From Bugula neritina (lineage: Eukaryota > Animalia > Bryozoa), in NCBI GenBank assembly GCA_964035545.1, contig OZ037765.1, positions 29,139,504 through 29,203,503 of the forward strand: a DNA stretch of 64,000 nucleotides, in the 5' to 3' direction. Under the pieces are notes generated by a model that made no database searches, was not told the origin of the DNA, and saw only the letters and a list, made by a program, of their open reading frames with translations. Of the stretch, positions 41,716-54,949 are shown in pieces (position 1 is the first letter of the stretch; each line of letters opens with the position of its first letter). The translations under genes and the position numbers were made by a program.

Positions 41716-43882
41716 GTCTCAGACTTTACTGTTGAAGATACCAATATTCATCTGCCACTCTGTCTGCTACTCTTTGCTGTGCAGAATTGTTCTCGGATGA
41801 GCTGAAATGATAACCTAGTAAAATGCATTCAACATTTTATTTTTTGACTATAATATCAATATAGGTACCCAAAATGGTTAGTACTTAAAATGACTTTCTG
41901 ATTTTGTACTGTGTTATCTATTATATGATAGTAATCAGCATTAGCCTTTAGTCAAAATATATAAACAGAAGATACACTAAACTTAAACTACTGAAGCTAT
42001 AGCTTTTTAGATTATACAAAAGCATTTATTTAAGTTTGTTGCCTTATAAAATGGGTCAACATTCGCATTTGGGTTTTAGGGAGTGGTTGAAATTTACAAC
42101 TATTTTTAGCATGATCATGATGTTCCATAACATCTGTTTTAAAAACTATTTTAAGTTTTAATCATTTTTTTCGTAATTTGGTTGTTACAAGTAAACTAAT
42201 TATAGTATTTCAATTTGATTTCGTAGATCAGTAAAGCAAAAATTAAGTGAACGTGCCAAGTAAAAATGTATGAAAGCAATAAGTATTATACTTACTTAGT
42301 ATAGAAAATTTTTATTTTGAGCAACATAAAAAAATATTTAACATTTCTTAGTCTGATAAAATTTAATTTATTTATTTATGAGTGTATTATTCTAACTTAT
42401 ATTATGATATTCTAGCCTTTAAATTATAATTATTGCAATAAATCAAAATCAAAATGTAATACTAATATTAACTATAGAATTAAGTATAGAATTAAAGTTG
42501 ACCTCAGAGTCGGTAATTACCGACTCTGAATAATCATAATGATAATAATTAGGTCTTAATCTAATGAATACTTAAACTTAAAGTTAAACTTAAAGTTGAA
42601 CTAAAATTTAAATAAAAATTTAAAGCAATAAGTTTAACTGATTAAGCATACCATAACCAAACCATTACCTCAACCTGTCACTGTCTTGTGGCTATTGACC
42701 ATTTTGGTGGCCCCAGCATAAGAGACACTTCACTTTAATTGAAATTAACATATCAATGATGCAATGTGATTATAATTATTTAATTTGAAGTTGTAGTTTA
42801 ATAGTAACAAAAGCTATAAGTATAAGTACAAGATTAAATACTAATAGTAATACTAATAGCTAGTGCATCTCTAATTTGGTCCCGGAAGTGGATTTGCAAA
42901 ACACACAAAGCATCTTATTTCATTCGCTACACCAAAATGTTGTCACACAGTGCGGGGGAATAACTCTGTGTACAGAGCTAAAACAATTGCAACTGGCAGC
43001 ATTGAGAATAGTACATAACACAGTATAATATTATATACATGCATAATAATAATAAATAATTACATACACGATAAAAGCGTATATAAAATATATTCATGCA
43101 ATAAACATAGCTATTATGACTAATGACAATTATAAATATAAACAAATCATTCAATATTTAATTTGCAAAAGTGTCACCAATGTAGCTTCATAAATTGAAG
43201 GCTCTAAATGCATATATGAAGATCTAGTTTCATGCAAAAAGCAACGGTAGAGTTGCTATTCCAATAAATTGTAGCTTATTTAAGAATTCTTATATTTTGC
43301 ATTATGCAATCATTAACAATCCTTCTCCAAATGCTACACTGGTTATTTAATGAAGCGTAGTTATACATATGCTTTTTGTGCTAGAGGAAAAAACAATGCA
43401 ATTTAACCAGTTGGAAATGGCACTCATAGGTCAAACCAATTTACGCTTTATATAGAAAGTTGTTTTGATTATTAAGCTTGCACACTTCCTATTATTTGTG
43501 TTATATTTTCAGTTGTGCTGTTTTAAAAAAAGTTCTTAACAATACATAGACTATTGTTTTTGATAACCCTTTTTTATTGATATATTCATGTAGATTAAAA
43601 TATTTACACAATAATATTCTAACAATATTGGCTATTCATATTACTCTTTCAAAAAATAAGTTAGCTTAGCCTAAGCACCCATGAGAGCGAAGGCTACTTG
43701 CCTTTGCTAATTTCTCCTCTTTCTCTAAAGAACCAACACTATTGCAGCTTTAAAATACTTTTATTGAACAGCCATAAATAATTTATCACAGACAAAGAAA
43801 CTAACTTTTCAGGTTTATAAGCTATATCAAATATAACCTATGGGTTCCTATATTCATAACACAATTTTGTTGAAGAAAACAT

Positions 43883-46808
43883 TTATTTTTTCGATTTTTT
43901 ATTTCCTTTGCCTTTTTTCTTCTTGTTTTTCTGTTTAGTTTTAAGTTTGATAGAAGTCCTAACTTTATAAGCTCTCCACAAAGCCTGTATGATCACGACA
44001 GCATGCGTTTGACGCTGCCACAATCTGTTCTTCTCTTCAGCTTGCTGTCGCTCCTGCAGTTTCAACTTCATTATTTCTTTGTACTCGCTCTGCAATTTCA
44101 CAGAAGTAATTAGCTTAACACTAACACATTAGACTCTACCATAAATAGCTTAATTTGAAGTAGATATGTATATTTTCACATCTCAATGAGACATAAACTC
44201 AAAAATCAAATACTAGCAGGTATCATAACATACTGTGAACTTAAATGAATTTTGTATATCCTATATCATATTAGCAAATTTGACTATTTTACACAATTTG
44301 CGTACTTATTTCTATGGCACTAAATCACAATAGAACTGTATCTCAGCATGGTTCTTACATATAAGTATTGATTATCATAATTTCAGATTATAATTTGCAT
44401 GGAAAGATAACTTCTGCAACAATTATTTACAAAAATTTTCTTATAAGGCTATATGATTGCTTTTGGTAACAATGAGTGTGAGGCAACCATGTAAATGTGA
44501 CAGAGTAATATTACTAAGCTTGAATATAATTCAGATTTATTATTACATAGAAGACAACTGCTAAACATGTAGTAGGAGAAGCTCTAGAGTTACTAGTAGA
44601 TATACACTCTGTTTTACCTCCAGGGTGTTGAATCTCTGCTCCAGCTCAGTCAGCTGTGCTTTCTCTTCCTGGTATGCAGCATCAATTTCTTCATACTCTT
44701 TCTGCTTCTCAGTCATCTCCACATCAAACTTCTGAATCCAATTTTCTATCTCGCACTCAATTTTATACTTTTTCTGCAAAAGTGCAAGTGTGCCTGTGTG
44801 TGTGTGTTTGTGTGTGTGATATGTGTGCATATATGTGTACACGTGTGAGTGTGTCTGTGTGTGTCTAAACGTGAGTGGCATGTGTTTCGAACAACAAATA
44901 CAAACTCCAACTACAATGAAGCTCCACAATATTCAGCAAGAGCACTTGTTAGAGTTATTACTAAAACATCTATATAAGCTATCTCACCCTACAGTATTCA
45001 CGACCAACTCAAGTTATATTCTACAAAATCCTGTCTACCATTCTCAAAAGGCGCTCTTCTTCTCTGTGCTCAATCACATCATTATCCAGAATATAAGAAA
45101 GACTTTTCAGCTCGGTTTGCATTCTGTCCTTTCTAACTTGACTTGCTTTGTTATCAGCATGCTTTTGCTTGTCGGCTTCATTATTCACTCTTTTTATATC
45201 TTCATCAGTTGTCTTTTCCAACATTTGAAGATTCATCTGCAAATTATCACCAATGACTATGAAATAGTTCATTATGATAGGAATTGAATGCAAATTGTAA
45301 GTTTAAAACGATTTCATGGTAAAATACTCCATTAAAATTATTCATTGTTTTAATACAGATGACTCACTCATGTTACAACTTATTAAACAGTTTCAGCTTT
45401 TGCAACATTTCATTAGCCACCAAAAGACTGACATTGACAAAGATTATACTAATTTCTAGGTTTAATGACACTATCGCAACCAACATGAAAGTTTTTTCTT
45501 CAAAATGATGTTGTGCACTTGTTTAAATTTTCAAGATGTAATTGCTTCCCCTGTCAAGCACGCAGCCTCTTACACCATCATTTTCATTTGAAATTGCACC
45601 TTATTGCAAATTTTACACCTGCTTCACACGTAGGAGAAAAAGAACAAGAGCAGACAATTACCAATTTCAGAATGTTGAACAGGTAAACCTTATCAAAAGA
45701 AAACTTACTTGTAGATGATGAATGGTATCATTTCTTGCTTTAACTTCTTTATCTCGTTCTGCTATGCCTTTTTGCAACTGTGCTTCCAATTGGTCGATTT
45801 CACTTTGGTTTATCTTCTGTTGAGCAGCAATCTAAACAGGTTTAGTAGTTTGAGACCAACAGCTGATTATGAAGAAAATTCAGCACCCCCCCCCCCCCAC
45901 TATAATGCAGTTTGACTTTAAAAAGTGTCCTTTGTATTAGGTTAAACAAGTTCCGTCTCATCAGTGCAGTAGAAATAATGCATACAGTTACTCACCTGAG
46001 ACAGGTAAACCAGCTTATCATTTTGTTCAGTTGGGGGAACCAGTAATCGCTGCAAGATCAATTCTTTTAAATCAGTCAAGCAATGCATGAAAAAAGCTCC
46101 TTCCCGGGTCCTGCCTTGGCTGCACTCGGCTATCAATCTCACCATTGTCTCCTCCCGGCTTCTAAACTCTCTTAGAATGTTTCGCACACTGAACTCCAAG
46201 TCTATTTTAAGTTTATTAAGCTCAAGCACAGTCTGAGTGACACGAAGTTTAGAATAATCACTGTGAAAGTTTGAATCAACTACACTAGACCTTACACTGC
46301 CATAACCCGGCAATACCATTGTATCCAACTGATCCTTTACTCGATCTAGGATAAAGGGGTTCAGCAGACTTTCATCAACTCTGGATGACCGCCGAGTGTT
46401 GACAGATGAAGACACTGCTGAAGCTGCTTCACTTTGTATAGGTGACAAATCAAGATAAACCTGTTCTACAGAATGAAAGTGGCTCAAACGCTCAGCATGT
46501 GTTCGGAGAAGTTCTGCAAGATCCGGACCAAGTAGTGTCTCAAACTTCGTGAGGTCTTTCATAACATACCGCAAAATTATAATTAAACTGCACTTGAGTT
46601 TAGCTTCATCTAATACGCCTATGATTCTTTGTGCTTCTAGTGAGTGCAACTTTTTTTGACATGGCTCTAGAACCTTTAGTGGATTTAACTTTAGCTTGGG
46701 ATTAAACTTTTTGGCAGACTTGGCAGTTAACTTACTGAAAAAATCATTTTGATTATCCATAACCAAAAAGCTTTTATTTCTCTCAAGAGTGGGTAACTTC
46801 AAACTCAT
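43883..46808 (-). CDS. IQCD: Dynein regulatory complex protein 10 / IQ domain-containing D
   Basis: [41 protein letters not shown]-terminal IQ motif [12 protein letters not shown] and a Lys-rich tail; 5 exons. Confidence 0.85.
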
Positions 46809-47728
46809 TTTGACTTCGTAAACAAATCGTCGGTTAAGTTTGGTTCTCCTTCCTTTAATTAAGCAAACAGCAATGTGCTATTTAACAAACTTCCTTTTAA
46901 TATTAATCATTTGCACACTATCAAAATTATTGAATAGGCAAATTTGTTTTTTTTAATTTCCAATATTTTGACATGATGAAATACTTAATGAATTACATAA
47001 TGTAAACACAAAGTGTACTGTACTAGCATTCAAATAGTTATTGATAACAATCAGAATTGTAATACTATTCAACAACAAACGATAATATCTTTGAAATGAT
47101 ATGATATTCTAGTATTAAGTAAATTGAAACAACTGGCAACAACAATGCTTTAGAATAATATTATTGTTATTTCAAATTTATAACACAATATAAAATGTAA
47201 ATTTGTCTACATGTATATAGAAATTATTAAATAGATATAAATATGTATATACTTAAAAGAAATATCTTTATAATCTAACAGGACGAAATTACTTTTAGGC
47301 ACTTTTAGGTGCATAGAATAAACATCCACATATATCATAAATACTATAAAATGTAGCTCAATTTTAAATCCCTGAATGAAGCTTAGGCTACACAGGGTCT
47401 ATATTAACTATAAATATAAAATGAATATCAAAAACAATACATTTGTACTGATATAAAAATAAAAGTCATAGGGTAACCACAGAAAACACTGCTATCCCTA
47501 AGTAAACAATTATTGCCATATTCTGATCTAGCTGAATTCTCAATTTAACTGGTTCTAAAAGAACTATAATAAATACTGATTTTAATTCTGTATCAACAGA
47601 TTTGAGTCTTTTAGGTCACAATAATAGTGAAGGCTGAGCCACTTCCCTATCAGAATATTAGGTTCACAGACTACAGGTAGACTATGTATGATGAGTTAGC
47701 ATTGGAAGAGTTACCTGCGAACAGGTAG

Positions 47729-50700
47729 TTAGTTGTTTGAGAGTAGCAATTCGACAGCTTCAGCTAAGTTGTCAACATATCCATCAGGTGTTATTTCAGA
47801 ATGAGGCTCATCGCAGACGGCCCTGATGGAAAGAGCAACATTGCATAGTAGGAGTATGTAACTGCTTACAAGTTTCTATTGTTTTCATGCAATATTCTAT
47901 ATAAACTTTATTTTATAAGTTGGCTTGATTAGGAAGCTGCTAGCTAATTCAAATTGCGTGATTGGCTTGACAGTTTGTCTAGACAATGTAATGACTTATT
48001 TTATCTATTGATTTAAATTCTGCCTAGCTCTGGCCACACAATTTATTGAAAAAATTAAAAATATAATATATTTTTAATTTAATTTAATAGGTATATATTA
48101 TATGCCTATTGTACTGTCTGCACACAATATGATCACCTAACATTAATTCAACATTTGAAGAAATAAAACAAAAATCTGGTCATAGTATACCGTAACTATA
48201 AATGGCAAAATACAACTACACCCATAAACAGATATGAATAATTTATTACTTTTTAACTTTCAAGTGCATTCATTAAATAAAGCCTAATGCTTGTTTATAA
48301 ATGCAGGTATGTTTAAATTTACCTGTATTTGCCAGTCCTAACTTGTACCCCCTTCATACCGAGAGCCTGGGCACCCCCTACATCGCTGATAATATCATCT
48401 CCTATCATGACACACTACAGGAAAAACACACCAGAACCAGTAAAAATCAGCAACTTATATAATCAGATAAAAATTAAATTTTAAAAAATTTCTGATCCTT
48501 GAGCTTTGAAATTGTATAACAAATTAATATTAAAGGGGGAGGGAGAGAGATGGAGAGGGAAAGAGGGGGGGGAGCAGGAACGTAAAGGAGCAAGGAAAGA
48601 AAGATGGGAACTATAACACGGAGAATAAGTTTAGCATAACACCTACATCCTGTATGTTGACTCCAAGAAGCCGAACTGCTTGATCATAAAATAGTTTGTT
48701 TGGCTTCCCACAGACAATCATCTTGCAGTCACACGCGAACTAAAACATAATTTACAAATAGAAAAAGAAGCATAAAGATGTTCTAAAATTAAAAATATAT
48801 AATAATAATAATAATAATAAAACAGATGGGGGTTCAGAGTTAAAATCTTACCTCCAAAGCTTTAGCATAAGCACCAACATCTAATACTAGATCATTGCCT
48901 TCCTTGTAGTATTTCCTAAAAATAGCAATACTACCATATCATCATAAGTTATACACCAAACAAAGTTGTAGCTACTTTTCAAATCCTCAAAATCAGTAAA
49001 ACCTGATGAAACTACATTACTCCTGCTTGGCCAACCAAACCAGCAATGATTGCAATCTAATATTAACAGCTATGGCAAACAATAATAAGTATTTAGAGAG
49101 GTGACTGTTGAAGACAAATTCAACCTTAATTCTGCTGGAATATCTTTTATTCTGTTTCTGACCAACAATAAACAATCAAATCCAATTGTATTAATGATGA
49201 ATGAGCTTTTATCACTAATTTCTGTTTTCTCTATAATTAAGCAAAAAATAATCTTATAATTGCAACTTTTAGGTGAGCAATGTATTTTCATATTATTTGG
49301 CTTCTAAACTTAACAATGTTCAGTTTGCTATATTTCCGATATATTTAATGACATACGTAATGAAAATAACTACAAAAACCAATGGCTTGCACATTTTATT
49401 GTACCTATGTAAAAGTGTATTCAAATGAATAATTTTTCTAAAAGAAAGAAACTATTTTCATCGTATTATAGAAAACTCAATAAAAATATTTCTTAGAATA
49501 AATTTGCTGAGTAGATTGTTACATTGCTCCATAATATAGTTTGTAGCCTGTGAACTATTTCTTTACAACTCACCCTCCCCCCATAGAGTACAACTTCCTG
49601 TCCTTGGGACTCATACTAAGTAAAGTATTGAACGCAGCATTCATTGCAGAATACGTGAAATGGGTATTGCAATCCCCCATAACCACACAGTTTGGATTCT
49701 CAGTAGATATGGAAGCAAATTCAGGAAGTACATCTGTAAATGACACAGAAAGAGAAAATAAAAAGCAAGAAACAATTTTTGTATCTTTCTTACCAAACTG
49801 TTTAGTATCATATAAAAAAATATCCAAGAAAACACGCAACACAATAAGTAGTTTACCTGGTGCTTCAAGAAGTCTATTAAAGAGGTCTTGTTGAATTATT
49901 ACTAACAGGCTTGTAATGTATAAAAAGGTTAATAGGAAATCAATAACCTAATATAAATACATGAAGCACATTGACATGATCCAAGGGGTCACAATGTATT
50001 TGGTATACTTACACAAAACTCACTAACTCTGTGAGAACCCCTAATAGAAAAGGTTTTAAGCAGCTAAGGACTTGTTTTTATGTTGTGGCAAAGGAGTAAC
50101 TATGATTGAATGTCCTTCCTAACATCACCAATAGCTCTATTGGGAATCAAACCACTGACCCTGTGCTTACTAAGTCGGTGCTTTAACCCCAAACCACGGC
50201 TGCTCCATCACTCATACCATAAAATATCTCAACAGTAGGTGGGTTTCCAGTTTGAATGATTCTAGTAAGAAATGGGTGCTGGTTAAAGGTTTAAACTGAC
50301 ATTGAAGCTGCCTGCCATCATGTAAATTTTCACCTGGTAATAAATCAGGAAACTTTCACCTCACCTGGATGAACCAGTAGGTGTGGACGCAGATTCTCCT
50401 GCTTTAGTAGCTCAACCATTGCAGGAGCTGGGCAAACTATATCATCAGATGTTATATTAAATCCGTGCTTGGTAAGTTTTGCAGCGAAATTATCTCTTGT
50501 TTCTGTAGACTCATTCGAGCAGAGTTTAAAAGGAATATGGCTGGCTTTCAATCTAGAATTTTTGTTAATTTAAACAAAATACACTACACATTGAAATAGC
50601 AACTTAGATAAGACGGAAAAGTTAGCTATACTATACAGTAACTTTGCAAAATATGTAACGCTCAAATTATTAGCCCAAAGTAAATAGAATTTAAAGATTA

Positions 50701-50910
50701 CCATTAAAATAGTTATTTATGTCAGTAGACCTAATTATCAACTTTTAATTTTTAAAAGTTTTAATTAATTAATAATATTGCTGCAAATATTTTTTACCTT
50801 TGTATAGCATCAATAGAACCTTCAATCGCTGCACCACCAGTTGGGCCACTGTTGTACAAAACTCCAGTAACATCTAGCAGTACCCCTTTCACACCTTCAT
50901 ACCATGACAT
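47729..50910 (-). CDS. LHPP: Phospholysine phosphohistidine inorganic pyrophosphate phosphatase (HAD IIA), 7 coding exons
   Basis: MSWYEGVKGVLLDVTGVLYNSGPTGGAAIEGS, CSNES, LRPHLLVH, NPNCVVMGD, VCGKP, MIGDDIISDVGGAQALGMKGVQVRTGKY, PDGYVDNLAEAV. Confidence 0.9.
50030..50208 (-). mobile_element. tRNA-derived SINE-like copy in an LHPP intron
   Basis: The minus strand has an A-box-like GTGGTTTGGGGTTAAAGC and a B-box-like GGTTTGATTCCC, then TATTGGTGATGTTAGGAAGGACAT, which is shared with the copy at 50984. Confidence 0.55.
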
Positions 50911-50983
50911 GATTGGTTTGTTTTCAGTTCTAAAAAAATAGATTTTCATGCAAATATAATATTTTCGAACAATAAACCTAATT

Positions 50984-51200
50984 GAGTAGTCGTGGATTAG
51001 TGGCTAGAGCGATGACCTAGTGTGACTCAGGCCTGTGAGTCTAGACTCTAGAATATTGGTGATGTCAAGAAGAGCATAATATGATCATAATTGCTCCTGT
51101 GCTTTGCAAAAGCCCTTAAACCATGTCAGCATGTTAAAAGGCACAGTCGATAATCCACTTATAAACCCTTGTAACCAGAGGTTCTCACAAAAATGAGTGC
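50984..51200 (+). mobile_element. tRNA-derived SINE-like copy, same family as 50030-50208
   Basis: A-box-like GTGGATTAGTGGCTAGAGC; shared blocks TATTGGTGATGTCAAGAAGAGCAT, ATCATARTTRCTCCT and GGTTCTCACA. Confidence 0.5.
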
Positions 51201-51296
51201 TCTAAACTAACATGAAACAGAATAAACCCAATTGAATCAAGTAACTTCCAATTGACTTGTGAGTTTTAAAAGCAAATATGTTGAGTATAGATATGG

Positions 51297-51649
51297 TGTA
51301 GTGAGTCATGCAAAGTACAAATACGGGAATCGCCCTCTCTCCGTTCTGGGAATACTAAGGCCCTTATGTAGCAACCAATTAGCAGCACCGGAAGATATGC
51401 TTCCGACTTACGTGACACTTCCCGGGCTATTGACAATTGATCACGTTGTTGTAAGCGGAGGCTTGAAGTAGAAACATGTGTTAGTAGTTGACTGATGTAT
51501 AGGATAATTTGATGTAATGTTTGCTTTGTGTTTTATTGTGGATAATAAATATAATTACTCGACAGCTACCCTAGTAATTGCTAGTAGAATAGCCAACTAA
51601 GTATAGGCAAGTAGATAACTCACGCACAGTAATTGCACAAATTACTACA
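51297..51649 (+). repeat. 5' LTR (353 bp)
   Basis: TGTAGT..ACTACA terminal inverted repeat; AATAAA at 51544-51549; matches 56309-56661 except at 2 positions. Confidence 0.97.
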
Positions 51650-51650
51650 G

Positions 51651-51668
51651 TGGTAGCAGCGGTGGGAT
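51651..51668 (+). promoter_or_regulatory. Primer binding site, probably tRNA-Leu
   Basis: TGGTAGCAGCGGTGGGAT begins 1 nt after the LTR; 17/18 match to the complement of the metazoan tRNA-Leu(AAG/TAG) 3' end as recalled (TGGTGGCAGCGGTGGGAT). Confidence 0.75.
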
Positions 51669-51684
51669 CTTGCGTATAGCAGTC

Positions 51685-52632
51685 ATGGCAGAAGACGGCA
51701 CGGAGCTACCCATTCCACTGAACGAAGGTGAGAGAGATAATGTTGATATACCTGTGGAACCAGTAGTGTTGGAAGAAGTGAGAATTCCTAGAGAGCCTGG
51801 TGAAGACAGATACCGGCTGAAGGCGCCCACCTTCACAGGCGAAGAGGCAGTAGAGCAGTTTATCCAAGAATTCCAAGATGTGATGGAAGTTGCACAGTGG
51901 CCACCAAGGGTGGCGTTGCTCAAGCTCAGGATGGCGCTGACGGACAAGGCTAAGCCGTACGGAGCGGGACCTGACATAGACGGAATCTTTGCTTCTCTGC
52001 GGGCCCGTTTTGGCATCTCCCCCATAGATGCACGGGCCCGTCTACAAAGGCTGCGGCGTGATCCTCACACGTCGCTACAGGAGCACGCTGCCACGGTGCA
52101 CCCACTAGCGCAGATCGCGTTCCGCGATCTGCCTCCAGTACACCGTGAGAGATATACTTATGATGCCTTCGTGCAGTCCATCAACGACTTGGGGCTCCAC
52201 CATCAATTCCAAGCGAGGGGAGTCACCACGGTCGAAGATGCACTTGCGGTGGGAGAAGCCTACCTCATGGCGACTCATATGCACCGCAATCGCGTGGCCT
52301 CCCGCCAGGTGGCCACGGAGCACACTACTGCTCATACTGAACCAAATGCGGAACCCTCCGCGGTGGCTAATGTGAACCACATGTCACTAGCATCAAAAGT
52401 CGCACAGATGACTGACATGCTAGATAAACTGATCGCCGCATTAGCTCCCCCAAGCCAGGTAGATACCGCCCGTGAGCCTTGCGGGCCGCAGGTACAATCA
52501 CCAGGCATGGGGCATAACTTCTGCTGGGGATGCGGAAGGCCAGGACATTTCCAAAAGAACTGCCCTCAACTCCAACAAGGGTTAAACTACCACGGCCCGC
52601 AGATGTTCCCACCTCCTGCGGGCCGTCTGTAA
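51685..52632 (+). CDS. gag: Retrotransposon Gag (315 aa) with CCHC zinc knuckle
   Basis: First ATG after the PBS; capsid-like start KAPTFTGEEAVEQFIQEF..W; knuckle CWGCGRPGHFQKNC. Confidence 0.9.
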   Translation: MAEDGTELPIPLNEGERDNVDIPVEPVVLEEVRIPREPGEDRYRLKAPTFTGEEAVEQFIQEFQDVMEVAQWPPRVALLKLRMALTDKAKPYGAGPDIDGIFASLRARFGISPIDARARLQRLRRDPHTSLQEHAATVHPLAQIAFRDLPPVHRERYTYDAFVQSINDLGLHHQFQARGVTTVEDALAVGEAYLMATHMHRNRVASRQVATEHTTAHTEPNAEPSAVANVNHMSLASKVAQMTDMLDKLIAALAPPSQVDTAREPCGPQVQSPGMGHNFCWGCGRPGHFQKNCPQLQQGLNYHGPQMFPPPAGRL

Positions 52633-52646
52633 ATCACCCAGGGAGG
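52581..52646 (+). promoter_or_regulatory. -1 programmed ribosomal frameshift signal (G_TTA_AAC plus stem-loop/pseudoknot)
   Basis: Heptamer in gag phase at 52581-52587; perfect 11-bp stem 52592-52602/52616-52626; the pol frame is -1 relative to gag. Confidence 0.75.
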
Positions 52647-52721
52647 ACCGCGCGTCTGCCGCCCCGCTGGGCGCCGCGCGGAGATGCTGTGAAGTGGCGA
52701 CCCCCGCGGCAAGTAGGATGA

Positions 52722-54729
52722 AGCCACTCGCCGCCTGGGTCCTCTACGCCACTCCAACACCAACACGGATCCGGCAGACGGTTGATCTCAGAGCCTGCGA
52801 GGGAAACGGTACAGGCGCCGCAAGGCGTACCGCCCCAACCTCGGCAGCTGGTCAATAGTCGTCGCCAACCGTGGACCCCTCGACCCACAGCGAGGGAGGT
52901 GCAACCACGGCACACACAGCTGCAGCCACACGGAAGTAGCTATTTCCTGCCAGGAAAGCTAGCCGGCAAGCCTGCCAACTTCCTCCTGGACTCAGGCTGC
53001 ACCACCAACCTCCTTAGCCGTCAATTCTTTGACACCCTCAGCGCTAAGGTCAAGGACGGGTTGGCACCGTATGAGGGGGATCATGGCACCCTGGCAGACG
53101 GGTCGTGCATTCCCTTCTACGGCATTATTGAGCTGACTGGTTACATCCGTAACCAGGCCATCCAAGAGACGTTTATCGTCGGGCAGCTCAACGAGGACGC
53201 TATCCTCGGGATGTCATTCTTACGACACGGATATCGCATCGATTTCAGTAAATCTGCGATGATCATGGGCGACAGGGAGCTCGCTTGTGTCGATAAGTTT
53301 GGTCGTCCTCTAGCGGGAGCAGTGCAGGTAGTACGGAGCTGTACGATACCGGGCCACTCCCGGGCTACCGTCCGCTGCAAAGTAGACGGTGGCCAAACCT
53401 CTAAGTTGGGAGTTGTCGAAAGTACGCACTCAAGAATCCAACTTGCCCATAGCTTTAGCCGGCTTACGGGACAAGGAGAGATTTCAGTGCAGTGCGTCAA
53501 CCCCTCCTCAGAGACAGTAGACCTACCACCCAGGTCCATGCTGGGCCGCTTCCATCCTGTCCAGGAGGAAGCCATTGGGCCGTCGTCGGGAGCTACGACG
53601 GAAGGTCCTCAGCAGAGCCCGTTTCAAGGGCGGAGGACCGTCCCAACCCACGCCTCCCATCTTCCAGGGACGCGTGGCTACACAGGCAACGGAAAGCGCC
53701 AGGCTATGGCTAGGTTGCCACATGGGTGCAGTGAGGCGCTCCGCCACACAGACCACGACGCCCGCCTAAATAGAGCAGGCCGTCGTGAGGTACCACGGGC
53801 GGCGAAGACCGCCCCTGCTCAGCAACTCCAACAGAGGGCTGACACGCCCCCGGAGGCTGTCCAGAGCCTCTGCGCCAAACCTGTATGGGCTGGTAACGTT
53901 AGGGAGCTGCCGAAGCTCCAGGAAAGCCTTCTTGGGGTGGTAGCCGACGTGTACCGAGCGAAACAGGAAGGGCGACGACCCAGTAGTAGACAACGGCGAC
54001 AGGGATGCGCCGAGTTACGGCTGTACTGTCAACGTTGGAACTCTCTGCGGGTCGGGCCAGATGGTCTGCTGACCATGACCTTGGCCGCCAACAGCAGACA
54101 ACCAGCCAGGAAAAGGATCGTCTGCCCAGCTGCCATCCGCCGGGAGTTGATACAAGACACCCACGAAAAGACTCACGGAGGAGTCCAAGAGGTAGTCACC
54201 AAGCTACAACTCCGGTGGTACTGGCCCAACATGGAGCGGGATATCCGGCGCAGAGTGAGACGGTGCGAAGTCTGCCAGACCAACAAGCATAGCCGTCTCC
54301 CTGGTGAAGCGGGGCGGCAGACGCATTGTGCGAGGAAGTCTTGGCAAACGGAGACTGTCGTCCTGGCCGGAAATACCTCCATGACACCTCAGGAAGACTT
54401 GGCGAGGCGAGAAAGGCCACTTCCGTCCTTGAAAGTGCGCCCACCGCCCCCAACGTCAAGCCTGCCATCACCACCACTTCCGGAACCAGAAACGGGTCCG
54501 GAAGTGCAAAAAACCCCCCGTGGGAGGGGCTCCGCAAGGAGATACCAACGTAGGAACAACCGTCACAAACAGGCTGGAAAAACCACCCGTGAGACATAAC
54601 AATCCACGGGTGAGCACACCGCCTCCCACAGTGACGACGCCTCCAGGACCACACACTAGGCAACCCCCAGCGTGTCTCAGAGACTGTGTACGTGACTGCG
54701 GTACAAGCGGCAGTAGGCGGAAAGTCTAG
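52722..54729 (+). pseudogene. pol: Internally deleted pol: aspartic protease, spacer domain, integrase HHCC finger and C-terminal tail
   Basis: FLLDSGCTTNL and AILGMSFL (protease); THEKTHGG..WYWPNMERDIRRRVRRCEVC (integrase Zn finger); no YxDD; tail motif RQPPACLRDC in a shifted frame; in-frame TGA at 52719-52721. Confidence 0.85.
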
Positions 54730-54949
54730 CGAGGTCTCGCATGGGAAAACAGGCAAAGAGACGTGGGAGTTGTGAACACCACGGAAATCTCAACTTTTGC
54801 CTCGGCGGAATCTCACACGAGATTCATCCGCTGGAAGTGAAAAGCCCTAGTCACGTTTCACAACCACGCTGCCCGGTCTTTTCCTACGTTGATGCAGTCA
54901 AGAGTAGACGTGCCACTAAACAGTAATCATTTACCGCTCTCATTCCAAA

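Noticed and set aside
40314-50910. HDHD3 and LHPP as a functional HAD-phosphatase cluster
   Set aside because: Different HAD subfamilies separated by IQCD; nothing in the sequence indicates co-regulation.
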